Notes: generated by a model from the sequence alone, not told the origin. 64,000 bases of DNA from Crocinitomicaceae bacterium (GCA_044355195.1 JBIKYP010000002.1:911-64910), one strand, 5' to 3'; counted from the first letter of the stretch, positions 28,079 to 40,088 are shown. Numbers and translations: made by a program.

Positions 28079-29535
28079 AACAGTTGAAAGAAATATTAAC
28101 CGGAGTCCATATACGTTCTGTTAGCGGTGATCAAAATCGTTCTCTGAATGCTTTGATGTTTGATTCCCGTAAAGCAGGTGCGGCTGATGTGTTTTTTGCA
28201 ATAAGAGGAACACATGTGGATGGTCATGACTTCATTCCTCAAGTTATTGAGAATGGGTGCGATATTATCGTAGCTGAGGAACTGGATCAAATCCCGCCAG
28301 GAGTCACATTCGTTCAGGTTGTGGATTCGTCTGAGGCACTCGCTCAAATGGCATCCAATTTTTATGGGAATCCTTCCGCAAAAATGAAATTAGTCGGCAT
28401 CACGGGGACGAATGGAAAAACCACCACAACAACCTTATTACACAAACTTTACACAAAGTTGGGATATCATTGCGGTTTAGTTTCTACGGTGATTAATCGC
28501 ATTGGAGAGCGCGAAATTCCTTCCACTCACACTACACCCGATCCAGTGAAGCTTAATGCACTTTTGTCTGAGATGGTAGTTGAGGGGTGCTCGCATTGTT
28601 TTATGGAAGTAAGTTCGCATGCCATACATCAGAAGCGCATCGGGGGACTGACTTTCACCGGAGCAGTTTTTACCAACATCACTCATGATCACCTTGATTA
28701 TCACAAAACATTTGCAGAATACATACGTGTCAAAAAAAGTTTTTTTGACGGACTAAAATCCGATGCGTTTGCTCTGACGAATGCGGAAGATAAAAATGGC
28801 TTTGTGATGTTTCAGAATTGTGAAGCTAAAAAATTTACTTATGCGCTCAAAGCCCCTGCTGATTTTAAAGCTAAAGTTCTTGAAAATCAGTTTTCAGGTC
28901 TGGTCTTGTGGATGAATGGTGTGGAAGTATGGACCCAATTGATCGGGTATTTTAATGCGTACAACTTGCTTGCTGTTTTTGCAGTTAGTCAGCTTTTAGG
29001 AGATGATGCCACAGAGGTAATGACAGTTTTGAGTCAGCTTGGATCGGTTGATGGTCGCTTTGAATACCTCAAAAGTGAGGGCGGAATCACTGCCATCGTA
29101 GATTATGCCCATACACCTGATGCCTTGGAGAATGTATTGAAAACGATTGTAAGTATTAGGACAAAGAATGAAATGGTTATCACGGTGGTTGGTTGCGGTG
29201 GCGATCGCGATCGCGCGAAACGTCCACTGATGGCTGAAATTGCTTGTGAGATGAGTGATAAAGTAATTCTAACTTCTGATAATCCTCGAAGTGAGGACCC
29301 TTCGGATATTTTGAAAGAAATGGAAGGTGGGGTACCGGGTCAACATTTCAAAAAAGTATTGAGTATAGTTGATCGGGGACAAGCAATAAAAACGGCTGTA
29401 TCCATGGCTGAAAAGGGTGATATTATACTGATTGCCGGAAAAGGGCATGAGAAATACCAGGATATCAAGGGTGTGAAATATCCTTTTGATGACCTGCAAC
29501 TGACTCGTGAATTGTTCTATAAACTTGAGAAATAA
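28075..29535 (+). CDS. murE: UDP-N-acetylmuramoyl-L-alanyl-D-glutamate--2,6-diaminopimelate ligase MurE
   Basis: 486 aa with [12 protein letters not shown] and a DNPR motif ([10 protein letters not shown]). The GTG start overlaps the ftsI stop (GTGA). Confidence 0.95.
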   Translation: MKQLKEILTGVHIRSVSGDQNRSLNALMFDSRKAGAADVFFAIRGTHVDGHDFIPQVIENGCDIIVAEELDQIPPGVTFVQVVDSSEALAQMASNFYGNPSAKMKLVGITGTNGKTTTTTLLHKLYTKLGYHCGLVSTVINRIGEREIPSTHTTPDPVKLNALLSEMVVEGCSHCFMEVSSHAIHQKRIGGLTFTGAVFTNITHDHLDYHKTFAEYIRVKKSFFDGLKSDAFALTNAEDKNGFVMFQNCEAKKFTYALKAPADFKAKVLENQFSGLVLWMNGVEVWTQLIGYFNAYNLLAVFAVSQLLGDDATEVMTVLSQLGSVDGRFEYLKSEGGITAIVDYAHTPDALENVLKTIVSIRTKNEMVITVVGCGGDRDRAKRPLMAEIACEMSDKVILTSDNPRSEDPSDILKEMEGGVPGQHFKKVLSIVDRGQAIKTAVSMAEKGDIILIAGKGHEKYQDIKGVKYPFDDLQLTRELFYKLEK

Positions 29536-30779
29536 TGTTATACTATCTTTTTGATTACTTGGATAAAATGAACTTTCCCGGTGCGGGGCTATTTCAGTTC
29601 ATTTCCTTTAGGGCAGCAATGGCGCTCATCTCTTCGCTCGTTGTTTCTATCTTTTTTGGCAAGAAAATCATCAACCTGCTTCGTAAACAGCAGATTGGCG
29701 AAACCGTCCGTGATCTTGGTCTGGCAGGTCAGATTGAAAAGTCAGGTACGCCAACGATGGGTGGAATTATTATTCTTAGCGCAATTCTAGTGCCTACGTT
29801 GCTGTTCGCTAAATTGCATAATATCTATGTGATTACCATGTTGTTAGCTACCATATGGTTGGGGGCAATAGGTTTTTTGGATGATTACATTAAGGTCTTT
29901 CGAAAAAATAAAGAGGGTCTTGCAGGAAAATCAAAAATTGTAGGACAAGTGGGTGTTGGACTTATCGTTGGATGCATCCTCTATTTTTCAAATGATGTAA
30001 CAGTTCACAAGCGTGTACCTGTCGATTACAAATTACAAACGGATGAGGAATTCGTAACGCGTGAACACTTGAATGATGGAGAAATTGAACATAAATGGAT
30101 TAAAACGGACGACATGACCACGACTATCCCTTTCATCAAGGGAAATGAATTTAACTATAACTGGCTCATTGGCGATTCCAACAAATCTTATGGATGGATG
30201 CTCTTTATTCCGATCGTGATTTTTATTGTGATAGCGGTCTCTAATGGCGCAAACATGACGGATGGTTTGGATGGTTTAGCAACGGGTTCGTCGGCAATTA
30301 TTGGGATTGCACTGGCTATTTTGGCTTATGTCAGCTCAAACGCTCGTTTTGCAGATTACCTGAATGTAATGTATATCCCATTGGCTGAAGAGCTAGTCAT
30401 TTTTATTGCTGCTTTTGTAGGTGCTTGTATCGGTTTTATGTGGTATAACTCCTTTCCTGCTCAAGTGTTTATGGGGGATACGGGAAGTTTAGCTTTGGGT
30501 GGAATCATTGCTGTATTTGCGATTTCTATTCGCAAAGAATTGCTGATCCCCGTGCTTTGTGGCATTTTTCTGATTGAAAACCTTTCGGTGATTTTGCAGG
30601 TGGGATACTTCAAATTTTCAAAACGAAGAAGCGGTGAGGGAAAGCGTATATTCTTGATGGCACCGCTTCATCATCATTATCAGAAAAAGGGCCTACATGA
30701 AGCCAAAATTGTAGCTCGCTTTTGGATTGTAGGAGTGTTATTGGCGGTTATAACCATTGTTACTCTGAAAACTAGATAG
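29535..30779 (+). CDS. mraY: Phospho-N-acetylmuramoyl-pentapeptide transferase MraY
   Basis: 414 aa polytopic protein with [10 protein letters not shown] and [11 protein letters not shown] motifs. Confidence 0.95.
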   Translation: MLYYLFDYLDKMNFPGAGLFQFISFRAAMALISSLVVSIFFGKKIINLLRKQQIGETVRDLGLAGQIEKSGTPTMGGIIILSAILVPTLLFAKLHNIYVITMLLATIWLGAIGFLDDYIKVFRKNKEGLAGKSKIVGQVGVGLIVGCILYFSNDVTVHKRVPVDYKLQTDEEFVTREHLNDGEIEHKWIKTDDMTTTIPFIKGNEFNYNWLIGDSNKSYGWMLFIPIVIFIVIAVSNGANMTDGLDGLATGSSAIIGIALAILAYVSSNARFADYLNVMYIPLAEELVIFIAAFVGACIGFMWYNSFPAQVFMGDTGSLALGGIIAVFAISIRKELLIPVLCGIFLIENLSVILQVGYFKFSKRRSGEGKRIFLMAPLHHHYQKKGLHEAKIVARFWIVGVLLAVITIVTLKTR

Positions 30780-30780
30780 A

Positions 30781-32124
30781 TTGAAGCCGGTCGGATCACA
30801 TATCGTTATACTAGGTGCCGGTGAAAGTGGACTGGGTGCGGCTATTCTGGCAATGAAGGAAGGATGGGATGTATTTGTTTCTGATTCTGGAATGATTAAG
30901 GATCAATTTAGAGCAGAGCTTCAACAAGAACTGATCCCTTTCGAAGAAGGAGGCCACACACCGAATCGGATACTAATGGCTGATTTAGTTATTAAATCGC
31001 CGGGCATTCCCACGAACGCACCGGTGGTTAGGGCTGCATTTGAAAAAGGTATTCGTGTAGTCTCAGAGATCGAGTTTGCAGGCTATTATAACAAGGCGAA
31101 AACGATTTGTATTACGGGAAGCAATGGAAAGACGACTACAACTATGCTGACTTACCATATCCTCAAAAAAGCGGGGATTAAAGTGGGTTTGGCAGGAAAT
31201 GTCGGAAAGAGTTTTGCGCGTCAGGTTGCTAATTCGAATGTGGACTGGTTTGTACTGGAATTGAGTTCTTTTCAGTTGGATGATATGTACGATTTTAAGG
31301 CTGATATTGCCATTCTAACCAACATCACGCCGGATCACCTAGATCGCTACGATAATAAGATGCAGAATTATGTGAATTCCAAATTCCGTATTCTGCAAAA
31401 TCAGACGAGTGAGGACTGGTTCATTTATAATTATGATGATCCCGTGATTACGAAGGCCTTGTCTAAACAAGTCATAAATGCCAGAATGGCTCCTTTTTCA
31501 TTGAGAAAAATTCTTGATATAGGAGGATATGCAGATGAAAAACAATTAACAATAAACATAAACGATCAATTTACTATGTCAATTCATGAATTAGCACTCA
31601 AGGGTAAGCACAATACCCAAAACTCGCTGGCGTCTGGGATAGCGTCACGTATTCTGGAAATCAGAAAAGAAATTGTGAGAGAAAGTCTGGAAGACTTTGT
31701 AAATGTTGAACACCGCCTTGAATTTGTCGCTAAGGTTCACGGAATCGAGTTTATTAACGATTCGAAAGCCACCAACGTGAATTCTACCTGGTTTGCACTA
31801 GAAAGTATGGATAAACCTACCGTTTGGATCGTTGGAGGCGTAGATAAGGGAAATGATTATGAAGAATTAATGGACCTCGTTCGGGATAAAGTAAAGGCCG
31901 TCATCTGCCTTGGTGTGGACAATAAAAAATTGCTGGAGGCATTTTCAGGAGTGATTCCAACAATCGTAGAAGCACGATCTGCTATGGAGGCTGTGGCATA
32001 CGGTTACCGTCTTGCCAAAAAGAATGAAACAGTTTTGCTATCTCCTGCATGCGCAAGTTTCGATCTGTTTGAAAACTATGAGGATCGTGGAAATCAGTTT
32101 AAAGCAGCTGTTCGCGCGCTGTGA
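30781..32124 (+). CDS. murD: UDP-N-acetylmuramoylalanine--D-glutamate ligase MurD
   Basis: 447 aa with ILGAGESG close to the N-terminus and ITGSNGKTTTT. No ATG precedes the Rossmann loop, so the TTG at 30781 is the likely start. Confidence 0.93.
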   Translation: MKPVGSHIVILGAGESGLGAAILAMKEGWDVFVSDSGMIKDQFRAELQQELIPFEEGGHTPNRILMADLVIKSPGIPTNAPVVRAAFEKGIRVVSEIEFAGYYNKAKTICITGSNGKTTTTMLTYHILKKAGIKVGLAGNVGKSFARQVANSNVDWFVLELSSFQLDDMYDFKADIAILTNITPDHLDRYDNKMQNYVNSKFRILQNQTSEDWFIYNYDDPVITKALSKQVINARMAPFSLRKILDIGGYADEKQLTININDQFTMSIHELALKGKHNTQNSLASGIASRILEIRKEIVRESLEDFVNVEHRLEFVAKVHGIEFINDSKATNVNSTWFALESMDKPTVWIVGGVDKGNDYEELMDLVRDKVKAVICLGVDNKKLLEAFSGVIPTIVEARSAMEAVAYGYRLAKKNETVLLSPACASFDLFENYEDRGNQFKAAVRAL

Positions 32125-32173
32125 TTAATGAGTTGAAGGAGTTCTTATGAACTAAGGTTGCTGCACTTTTTGA

Positions 32174-33346
32174 ATGAAGGAATATCTGAAATATCTGAGA
32201 GGAGATCGTGTGATTTGGATCATTACTCTAATAATGCTTGCATTTTCCCTTGTGAGTGTGTACAGCTTCGTGCCTATTTTAGTTAAAATTGAGGGAGGAA
32301 CTCCGTTCAAGTATTTGACAAAACACTTTGTTTACGTAGGTATCGGACTCGGGGTAATGTACTGGATACACAAGCGCGATCCAAAGTATATCTCTCAACT
32401 TTCCAAATTTGGATATTTTTTAGGAGTAGCCTTGCTTCTTTTCACGATCTTCTTTGGCACGAAAGTAAACGATGCTGGAAGGTGGATCAAGATTCCTTTT
32501 ATTGGGCTCACTTTCCAGTCGTCTGACTTTGCAAAACTCGCATTGCTGGTATACCTGTCTCGCATTTTATCTAAAAGACAAGAACAATTAGATAGTTGGA
32601 AAGAGGGCTTTAAGCCCTTGATAATGCCCGTTTTGATCGTTTGCGGGTTAATTATTAAAGATAATTTTTCTACCTCTTTCCTTCTCTTTGTGATTAGTCT
32701 GATTCTATTGTTTATTGGTAAGGTTCCGATTTCCAAGTTAGGTTTAACCATTGTAGGAATAGTACTGTTGGGATTGATGGCGATTGGTCTTCATAAGGCA
32801 ATTCCTGAACTCAATCTCTTTCCACGATTTGAAACTTGGGAGAACAGAATCACCAATAAATTGGATAATGATAATGATGTAAAATCGAATGCCCAGGCTC
32901 TAAATGCACGTTATGCAATCTACAATGGAAAGATCTTTGGCCAGGGTGTAGGTGACGGTGAATTAAAGGAGTATATTCCAGAAGCGTATGCTGATTTTTA
33001 TTATTCGAGTTTTGTTGAGGAATTCGGATTGGTTTCGGCATGTTTCCTCATTTTACTCTATTTAATTCTACTATACAGGATCATTCGAATCGGTTTGTCC
33101 TCCGATCGCTTGTTTGAAACATTTGCCTGCATAGGCATTGGTATATTGATATTAACTCAGGCCTCCGTTAACATGTTGGTTTGCACGGGGGTCTTCCCTG
33201 TAACCGGACAGAATATGCCTTTGTTGGCTATGGGTGGTTCGGCATTAATCATGACTTGTGTGTCTATTGGTATTGTACAAAGTATCGCCAACCGAATTTC
33301 GTCTGAGAAAGAAGGGGCATTTACTAACGTAATGATTAAAAAATGA
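32174..33346 (+). CDS. ftsW: SEDS-family peptidoglycan glycosyltransferase FtsW
   Basis: 390 aa polytopic SEDS-like protein between murD and murG. Confidence 0.9.
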   Translation: MKEYLKYLRGDRVIWIITLIMLAFSLVSVYSFVPILVKIEGGTPFKYLTKHFVYVGIGLGVMYWIHKRDPKYISQLSKFGYFLGVALLLFTIFFGTKVNDAGRWIKIPFIGLTFQSSDFAKLALLVYLSRILSKRQEQLDSWKEGFKPLIMPVLIVCGLIIKDNFSTSFLLFVISLILLFIGKVPISKLGLTIVGIVLLGLMAIGLHKAIPELNLFPRFETWENRITNKLDNDNDVKSNAQALNARYAIYNGKIFGQGVGDGELKEYIPEAYADFYYSSFVEEFGLVSACFLILLYLILLYRIIRIGLSSDRLFETFACIGIGILILTQASVNMLVCTGVFPVTGQNMPLLAMGGSALIMTCVSIGIVQSIANRISSEKEGAFTNVMIKK

Positions 33347-34446
33347 AATTGAAACGCATTATCATTTCAGGAGGTGGAACGGGAGGACATGTCTTTCCGG
33401 CCGTGGCAATTGCGGATGAAATTATGAAGAGAAATCCGGAAGCCGAAATCCTATTTATTGGTGCAGAAGGTAAAATGGAAATGGATAAGGTGCCGGCAGC
33501 GGGATATACCATTATTGGCTTACCTATTGCGGGTTTCCAACGTAAAATGTCGCTTTCAAATTTCTTGCTTCCGTATAAAATTCTCAAAAGTATAAGTAAG
33601 GCCAGAAGGATTTTGAAAGAGTTTAAGCCCGATGCAGTTGTTGGAGTGGGGGGGTATGCCAGTGGACCAACACTAAAGGCGGCAATATGGCTAAAAATTC
33701 CTGCGTTGGTTCAGGAGCAGAATTCTTTTCCGGGTAAAACAAATGTGCTGTTGTCTAAAAGTGTGGATGTAATATGTACGGCTTATGAGGGACTTGAAAA
33801 ATTCTTCCCGTCACATAAAATAAAATTGACCGGAAATCCTGTTCGCAAGGAAATGGTTGAAATTGAAGGTAAAAGGGCTGAATCATTGACCTACTACGGT
33901 CTGAGTGCGGATAAGCAAACCGTATTGGTCATCGGTGGAAGTTTGGGTGCCCGATCATTGAATAAAAGCGTAATAGCTCATTTCGAGTCGATTGCTGAAA
34001 ACAATAAAGTTCAGGTACTCTGGCAGTGTGGAAAGTTGTACTACGAACAACTTTTGGCCGAATTGAAGGATGTGTTGCCTGAAAATGTTCGTCTGATTCA
34101 GTTTATTGATCGTATGGATTTGGCCTATGCAGCTGCTAATGTGATTGTTTCGAGAGCAGGCGCTATTTCCGTGTCTGAGTTATGCCTGATAGGTAAACCG
34201 GTAATTCTGGTTCCTTCTCCTAATGTGTCAGAAGATCATCAGACGAAAAATGCGATGGCACTTGTAAGTCGGAATGCCGCAATTTTAGTTAAGGATAATA
34301 AGAGCGAGAAGGAACTTATCCCTACCGTTTTTGAGTTGTTCCAAGATTTGGATTTGCAAAAACTTTTGAGTGATCAAATAAGCAAACTGGGTAAACCGGA
34401 TGCAACTATCGAGATTGTAAATGAATTGGAACGGATTATAAAATAA
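33343..34446 (+). CDS. murG: UDP-N-acetylglucosamine--N-acetylmuramyl-(pentapeptide) pyrophosphoryl-undecaprenol GlcNAc transferase MurG
   Basis: 367 aa with GGTGGHVFPAVAIA and the later SRAGAISVSEL motif. Confidence 0.95.
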   Translation: MKLKRIIISGGGTGGHVFPAVAIADEIMKRNPEAEILFIGAEGKMEMDKVPAAGYTIIGLPIAGFQRKMSLSNFLLPYKILKSISKARRILKEFKPDAVVGVGGYASGPTLKAAIWLKIPALVQEQNSFPGKTNVLLSKSVDVICTAYEGLEKFFPSHKIKLTGNPVRKEMVEIEGKRAESLTYYGLSADKQTVLVIGGSLGARSLNKSVIAHFESIAENNKVQVLWQCGKLYYEQLLAELKDVLPENVRLIQFIDRMDLAYAAANVIVSRAGAISVSELCLIGKPVILVPSPNVSEDHQTKNAMALVSRNAAILVKDNKSEKELIPTVFELFQDLDLQKLLSDQISKLGKPDATIEIVNELERIIK

Positions 34447-35826
34447 ATGAGTAGGCTTGACCATATTAAATTAAGTTCTTTTACAGAAGCTTATTTTATT
34501 GGTATTGGGGGTATTGGAATGTCTGCCTTAGCGCGTTACTTTAAGTTAAATGGATGGAACGTAAGCGGTTATGATAAAACTCCTTCTACTTTAACAAATG
34601 ATTTAATAAACGAGGGTATAAAAATTCACTATGAAGATCTTGGAGAAGATGTTATGGCTCAAATTGAAGACATATCTCGTTGCCTTTTTGTTTATACGCC
34701 TGCAATACCCCTCGATCACAATGAATTGCATTGCATAAAGGAAAAGGGACTGCTCCTTTTTAAGCGATCGGAGGTGCTTGGAATGATAACACGGGAAAGT
34801 AAAGGTTTAGGTGTGGCCGGCACACATGGAAAAACGACAACGAGTTCTATGCTTGCGCACATCCTACACCAATCAAATCTCGGATGTAATGCTTTTTTAG
34901 GTGGAATTGCCTCTAATTTCAATTCAAACTTATTGGTTAATCCAGAGTCAGAATTTACGGTGATTGAAGCAGATGAATTCGATCGCTCATTTTTGCAATT
35001 ACAGCCGTTTGCTTCCATAGTAACTTCAACGGACTCTGATCATTTGGATATATATGGAGACCCTGATGAATTTCTAAAGGGTTTTCAACAATACGCGAAA
35101 TTGATTAATTCCAATGGTGTCCTTGTGAAACGTGAAGGGTTGAGTATTTTATCAAATGCGGCTATCCTCACATATGCAATTAATTCACCTAGCTCGGATT
35201 ATGAAGGTAGTAAACTTCGCTTGTTGAATGAGAACTTCTGTATGGATGTGCGCACCCCCTTTGGAAATTGGAGTGGTGTAGAATTGGGCATTCCAGGAAT
35301 TCATAATGCTGAAAATGCTTTGGCTTGTATTGCGATGCTCCATTTTTTGGGTCTTTCAGAAGAAACCATTCGCGAAGGGTTGAAGAGTTTTAAGGGAGTT
35401 AAGCGCAGATTTGAATATCATGTGAAAACGGATCAACTTATCTATATTGACGATTATGCACATCACCCTACCGAAATTCATGCCTTGATTTCATCCGTTC
35501 GAATGCTTTACCCTAATAGAAAAGTTATAGGAATATTTCAACCTCATTTATTCTCTCGAACACGCGATTTTTTTGATGGGTTTGCTAGAGAACTTTCCTT
35601 ACTAGATGAGGTGATTTTGATGCCGATTTATCCCGCTCGTGAATTGCCCATACCCGGAGTCTCTAGTGAGGCTCTATTGGAAGCAGTCACTTGTCAGAGG
35701 AAGTTTCTACTGGATTACCAAGGTATTCTTGATCATTTAAAAGTATCTAAAAATGAGGTTGTTTTGACTATAGGGGCTGGAGATATTGATCGAATTGTTG
35801 AACCAATATGTCGTTTATTGAGATGA
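34447..35826 (+). CDS. murC: UDP-N-acetylmuramate--L-alanine ligase MurC
   Basis: 459 aa with GIGGIGMSALA and VAGTHGKTTTS. Confidence 0.95.
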   Translation: MSRLDHIKLSSFTEAYFIGIGGIGMSALARYFKLNGWNVSGYDKTPSTLTNDLINEGIKIHYEDLGEDVMAQIEDISRCLFVYTPAIPLDHNELHCIKEKGLLLFKRSEVLGMITRESKGLGVAGTHGKTTTSSMLAHILHQSNLGCNAFLGGIASNFNSNLLVNPESEFTVIEADEFDRSFLQLQPFASIVTSTDSDHLDIYGDPDEFLKGFQQYAKLINSNGVLVKREGLSILSNAAILTYAINSPSSDYEGSKLRLLNENFCMDVRTPFGNWSGVELGIPGIHNAENALACIAMLHFLGLSEETIREGLKSFKGVKRRFEYHVKTDQLIYIDDYAHHPTEIHALISSVRMLYPNRKVIGIFQPHLFSRTRDFFDGFARELSLLDEVILMPIYPARELPIPGVSSEALLEAVTCQRKFLLDYQGILDHLKVSKNEVVLTIGAGDIDRIVEPICRLLR

Positions 35827-36629
35827 AGCGTTGGCTACGAATATTACTTTGGATACTTTTTGCATTAGGTGTCTTGTTTGTTATCGTAGTATCTAATCAA
35901 TCTCAAGATTCACGTGTCATAAAGAGGCCTGAAATAATTATTCATGTTTCAGGTGAAAATGCCTTTTTGAATGAACATGAACTATTCACGCGATTGAAAC
36001 GTAGAGGATATATCTTCAACGGTCAAATCAAGAAGGATCTTAAGGTGGCGGCATTAGAAAAATTCATTTCACAAATGACGGAGGTGAAATCGGTTCGTGT
36101 CTATACGCGGATTGGAAGTGAATGGGAAATCGATGTCACCTTACGAAAACCTATTGCCCGAATTTTTAATAGATACGGCGAGTCGTTCTACCTGGATGAG
36201 GACGGAGTTGTGATGCAGACATCTTCTTTGCATGCGGCAAGGGTTGTAGTGGTTAGCGGTTATTTGAAGGATCGTCCGAACTCTGTTTCAGTACAGGATA
36301 TTATGAACAATGATTCCTTGAAAAGTATTCGAAGGCTCGATGACATCTACCGTATTTCAAATTATGTTTGTAAAGACCTCTACATGCAGTCATTGATTGG
36401 CCAGATTCACCTTAGGAAAGATGGGGACTTTGTGTTGGTGCCAATCGTCGGAGGGCACCAGATTGTTTTTGGAACGGCGAATACGGATGAGGAAGTGAGG
36501 GATAAGTTTCTGAAATTGAATATCTTCTATAAGGAGGCAATTCCTTACGAAGGCTGGGATAAATACTCGGAAATTAATCTAAAATACAATCGTCAGATTG
36601 TTGGAAGGATGAATGATACTAACCTGTGA
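35808..36629 (+). CDS. ftsQ: Cell-division protein FtsQ
   Basis: 273 aa with an N-terminal TM helix and a POTRA-like region, in the conserved dcw position. The start is either 35808 or 35823. Confidence 0.8.
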   Translation: MSFIEMKRWLRILLWILFALGVLFVIVVSNQSQDSRVIKRPEIIIHVSGENAFLNEHELFTRLKRRGYIFNGQIKKDLKVAALEKFISQMTEVKSVRVYTRIGSEWEIDVTLRKPIARIFNRYGESFYLDEDGVVMQTSSLHAARVVVVSGYLKDRPNSVSVQDIMNNDSLKSIRRLDDIYRISNYVCKDLYMQSLIGQIHLRKDGDFVLVPIVGGHQIVFGTANTDEEVRDKFLKLNIFYKEAIPYEGWDKYSEINLKYNRQIVGRMNDTNL

Positions 36630-36646
36630 AGGAAAATTAACAACAT

Positions 36647-37930
36647 ATGTCAAAGATTATCGTTGGGCTGGATATTGGGACAACCAAAATTGCTTGTTTC
36701 GTTGGAAAAAAGAATGAGCACGGAAAGATCGAGATTCTTTCTATGGGCAAAAGCGAATCTCTTGGAGTTACCCGGGGTATTGTGGCAAACATTGAGAAAA
36801 CGGTTCAATCCATTAAGCTGGCTGTCGAAGAGGCGCAGGAACGCGTTGAGGGCCAACTTACCGTGAGAGTCGTAAATGTGGGGATCGCAGGTCAGCACAT
36901 CAAAAGTTTGCAACATCGTGGCATACATACTCGAGAGAAAATTGATGTGGAGATATCTCAAAAGGATATAGATGCGCTGGTGGAGGATATGTATAAACTT
37001 GTAATGCAGCCGGGTGAAGCTATAATTACGGTGCTTCCTCAAGAGTATATCGTGGATAACGAGCAAGGTATTAAGGATCCGATAGGAATGCTGGGGCGCA
37101 GACTTGAGGCGAATTTCCACATTATTACGGGTCAGATTGGTGCTTCAATGAATATCACCAAATGTCTCGAGAAATCGGGCCTGGAGGTAAAAGAAATTGT
37201 TCTCGAACCTATGGCTTCGGCAGACGCCGTTCTTTCCGATGAAGAGAAGGAAGCAGGGGTAGTTTTGGTTGACATAGGAGGAGGGACAACGGATATCGCC
37301 ATTTTTCATGAAGGAATAATACGTCACACGGCTGTGATTCCGTTTGGTGGAAATGTGATAACGGAAGACATCAAAGAAGGTTGTACAATCATGCGTCGAC
37401 AGGCGGAGAGTTTGAAAACCAAATTCGGATCCGCTCTTGCCTCTGAGAGCCAGGAAAATGAGGTCGTTTGCATTCCCGGATTACGCGGTCGCGACCCCAA
37501 GGAGATTACACTAAGAAATTTAGCGAGTATTATTCAGGCTCGTATGGAGGAGATCATAGAACTAGTACATTACGAGATTGTGAATTCAGGATACGCTAAA
37601 AAATTGATTGGAGGGATTGTTGTAACAGGAGGAGGGGCTCAGCTTAAGCATATTACTCAGCTTTTTGAATACGTCACCGGAATGGATACGCGTGTGGGAT
37701 ATCCTACGGAGCATTTGGCAAATAACAATCATAGTGAGAATTTAACCAGTCCAATGTACTCAACAGGAATTGGATTGGTGCTGAAGGGATTTGAGGCGCT
37801 TGACAAAAATCAGCAAACTGCCGAAGCAGCGAGTTCAGGTTCTGTTAAAACCCATTCCATGAAAAACAGAGGATCATTTTTTGATTCAATTATCAAAAAG
37901 GGTGCTAGTTGGTTCAGTGAAGATGATTAA
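36647..37930 (+). CDS. ftsA: Cell-division protein FtsA
   Basis: 427 aa actin-like protein with GLDIGTTKIACFVG and VDIGGGTTDIA. Confidence 0.95.
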   Translation: MSKIIVGLDIGTTKIACFVGKKNEHGKIEILSMGKSESLGVTRGIVANIEKTVQSIKLAVEEAQERVEGQLTVRVVNVGIAGQHIKSLQHRGIHTREKIDVEISQKDIDALVEDMYKLVMQPGEAIITVLPQEYIVDNEQGIKDPIGMLGRRLEANFHIITGQIGASMNITKCLEKSGLEVKEIVLEPMASADAVLSDEEKEAGVVLVDIGGGTTDIAIFHEGIIRHTAVIPFGGNVITEDIKEGCTIMRRQAESLKTKFGSALASESQENEVVCIPGLRGRDPKEITLRNLASIIQARMEEIIELVHYEIVNSGYAKKLIGGIVVTGGGAQLKHITQLFEYVTGMDTRVGYPTEHLANNNHSENLTSPMYSTGIGLVLKGFEALDKNQQTAEAASSGSVKTHSMKNRGSFFDSIIKKGASWFSEDD

Positions 37931-37938
37931 TTTTGTAA

Positions 37939-39618
37939 ATGAGTAAAATTGGGAATATGGAGTTTGATTTACCTAAAGATACAAGTTCGATCATTAAGGT
38001 GATCGGCGTTGGTGGCGGAGGAAGTAATGCCGTCAACCATATGTACAATCAAGGCATCATTGGTGTAGATTTTATCGTGTGTAACACAGATCGTCAGGCT
38101 TTGGATGTGTCACCGGTTCCTTACCGAATTCAGCTTGGCACTTCGTTAACCGAAGGTCTCGGTGCCGGAGCGGTTCCTGAGATTGGAATGAATGCCGCAA
38201 TCGAGAACATCGATGAAATAAAGGAAGTTTTGAGTAAGAATACTAAAATGGTTTTTGTAACAGCCGGCATGGGTGGAGGTACCGGTACGGGTGCTGCCCC
38301 TGTGATTGCTCAAACTGCTCGTGAAATGGGTATTTTGACAGTGGGAATCGTCACTGTTCCATTTGGCTTTGAAGGCAGAAGGCGTAGACAACAAGCCGAA
38401 GAAGGGTTGGAAAAGATTCGTCAAAATGTTGATACGTTGTTGGTAATCAATAATGAACGACTGAGGGAGATTTCCGGTAATCTAACGATAGGGAATGCTT
38501 TTGCTCAGGCGGATGATGTACTAACCACTGCTGCTAAGGGGATTGCAGAAGTTATTTCTGTAACCGGATCCATTAACGTTGATTTCAATGATGTTCGAAC
38601 AGCGATGAAAGATAGTGGTCATGCTATTATGGGAAGCGCTACGGCAGAAGGTGAAGATCGTGCGATTACAGCTGTTCAGAAGGCACTTTCTTCGCCACTA
38701 TTAAACGATAATGACATTAATGGAGCGAAGTATGTCTTGTTGAATATTACCTATGGCGATAAGGAAGTGCTGATGGATGAGATCTCCGAGATTACAGATT
38801 ATATTCAGGAAGAAGCCGGTGCAACGGCAGATGTTATTTGGGGACATGGATATGATGAATCGTTAGGGAATAAAATCGGTATTACGTTGATTGCAACGGG
38901 TTTTAATTCGGCGCCGATTACGGGTTTTGAGAAAGCACCGGCCAAAACGGTGCGTTCGTTGGAGGAAGAACCTAAAAACCAAATCGTGCGCCCGTTGGAT
39001 TCTCCAACGCAAATGAATTCACATACTCCCCCAACTGTTGGCGAGGAATTGAAGGTTGAACCATTCTTGAAAAATGAAACTGATGAGGCACCGGTAGTTG
39101 TAAATACGGTTTCAACGAATGTTGCTTCAACAGCTGGCGTTTCGACTGAGAATGTGGTATCTGTCGACGAACCATTCGTTAAGCCTGATGAGTCAATCAT
39201 AGCCGAAAATAATACGGTAGAGTTCAGTTGGGATATTTTAACGAGTGCTACTGCCGAATCTTCTACTGTTACTGAAGCTCAGCAACCGGTTGAAAAGGTG
39301 GTTCGCCATATTCTTGAAGATGAAACTTCGGAAAAAGTAAATTTGGATAATGTAGCAGCCAAGACTATCCTTTCTCCCGAAGAACAACAACGAAGAACAC
39401 AAGAGCGCATGTCTAAGATTCAGCAACATACCGTTAAGCTTAAAAATGTTGAGGGAATAGCAGAGTTTGAAAATGAACCTGCTTTTGTGAGAAGAAATAT
39501 TCAGTTGGATAATTCACCAAAGAGTACCCAAGAACCACTTAGTCGTTTTGGATTATCAGAGGGTGAAAATGGTACTTCTTTAAGAAATAACAATTTCCTT
39601 CACGATAACGTTGACTGA
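37939..39618 (+). CDS. ftsZ: Cell-division GTPase FtsZ (long C-terminal linker)
   Basis: 559 aa with [10 protein letters not shown] and the tubulin signature [11 protein letters not shown] low-complexity linker of about 200 aa is followed by the terminal NNFLHDNVD peptide. Confidence 0.97.
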   Translation: MSKIGNMEFDLPKDTSSIIKVIGVGGGGSNAVNHMYNQGIIGVDFIVCNTDRQALDVSPVPYRIQLGTSLTEGLGAGAVPEIGMNAAIENIDEIKEVLSKNTKMVFVTAGMGGGTGTGAAPVIAQTAREMGILTVGIVTVPFGFEGRRRRQQAEEGLEKIRQNVDTLLVINNERLREISGNLTIGNAFAQADDVLTTAAKGIAEVISVTGSINVDFNDVRTAMKDSGHAIMGSATAEGEDRAITAVQKALSSPLLNDNDINGAKYVLLNITYGDKEVLMDEISEITDYIQEEAGATADVIWGHGYDESLGNKIGITLIATGFNSAPITGFEKAPAKTVRSLEEEPKNQIVRPLDSPTQMNSHTPPTVGEELKVEPFLKNETDEAPVVVNTVSTNVASTAGVSTENVVSVDEPFVKPDESIIAENNTVEFSWDILTSATAESSTVTEAQQPVEKVVRHILEDETSEKVNLDNVAAKTILSPEEQQRRTQERMSKIQQHTVKLKNVEGIAEFENEPAFVRRNIQLDNSPKSTQEPLSRFGLSEGENGTSLRNNNFLHDNVD

Positions 39619-40067
39619 TGAGCTTCACTGAACAAATCAACGCTGCTATTAAATCAGCTATGCTGGCCAAAGAAAAAGAACGGTTGGCTGCTTTACGGGA
39701 CATTAAATCCAAACTTCTTTTGGAAGCAACCTCCGGTGTTGTAGGTGAGGTATCCGATGATATGGCAATGAAGATCTGCTTGAAATTGCACAAACAACGA
39801 ATGGAAACGTATGAGTTGTACATTCAGCAAGATCGTCAGGATCTCGCCGAGGAAGAATTGTTTCAGGCAAGGGTGATTGAAGAATACTTGCCAAAAATGC
39901 TTTCTGAAGAGGAAATTAAATCTGAAGTGGAAGCAGCAGTTGTGCAGGTTGGTGCATCAGGTCCTCAAGATATGGGAAAAGTTATGGGGGTTTTGACAAG
40001 TAAATTGGCAGGAAAGGCTGACGGAAAGGTAATCGCTGCATTGGTAAAGGAAGTGCTGAGTCGGTAA
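39618..40067 (+). CDS. GatB/YqeY-domain protein
   Basis: 149 aa with INAAIKSAMLAKEKERLAALRDIKS... typical of YqeY. Confidence 0.85.
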   Translation: MSFTEQINAAIKSAMLAKEKERLAALRDIKSKLLLEATSGVVGEVSDDMAMKICLKLHKQRMETYELYIQQDRQDLAEEELFQARVIEEYLPKMLSEEEIKSEVEAAVVQVGASGPQDMGKVMGVLTSKLAGKADGKVIAALVKEVLSR

Positions 40068-40088
40068 TGAAAAGAAATAGATAGTAAG

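Noticed and set aside
38805-39200. 131-aa antisense ORF within the ftsZ linker region
   Set aside because: It lies entirely inside the ftsZ coding sequence, in a low-complexity region where antisense ORFs arise by chance. It has no motifs.
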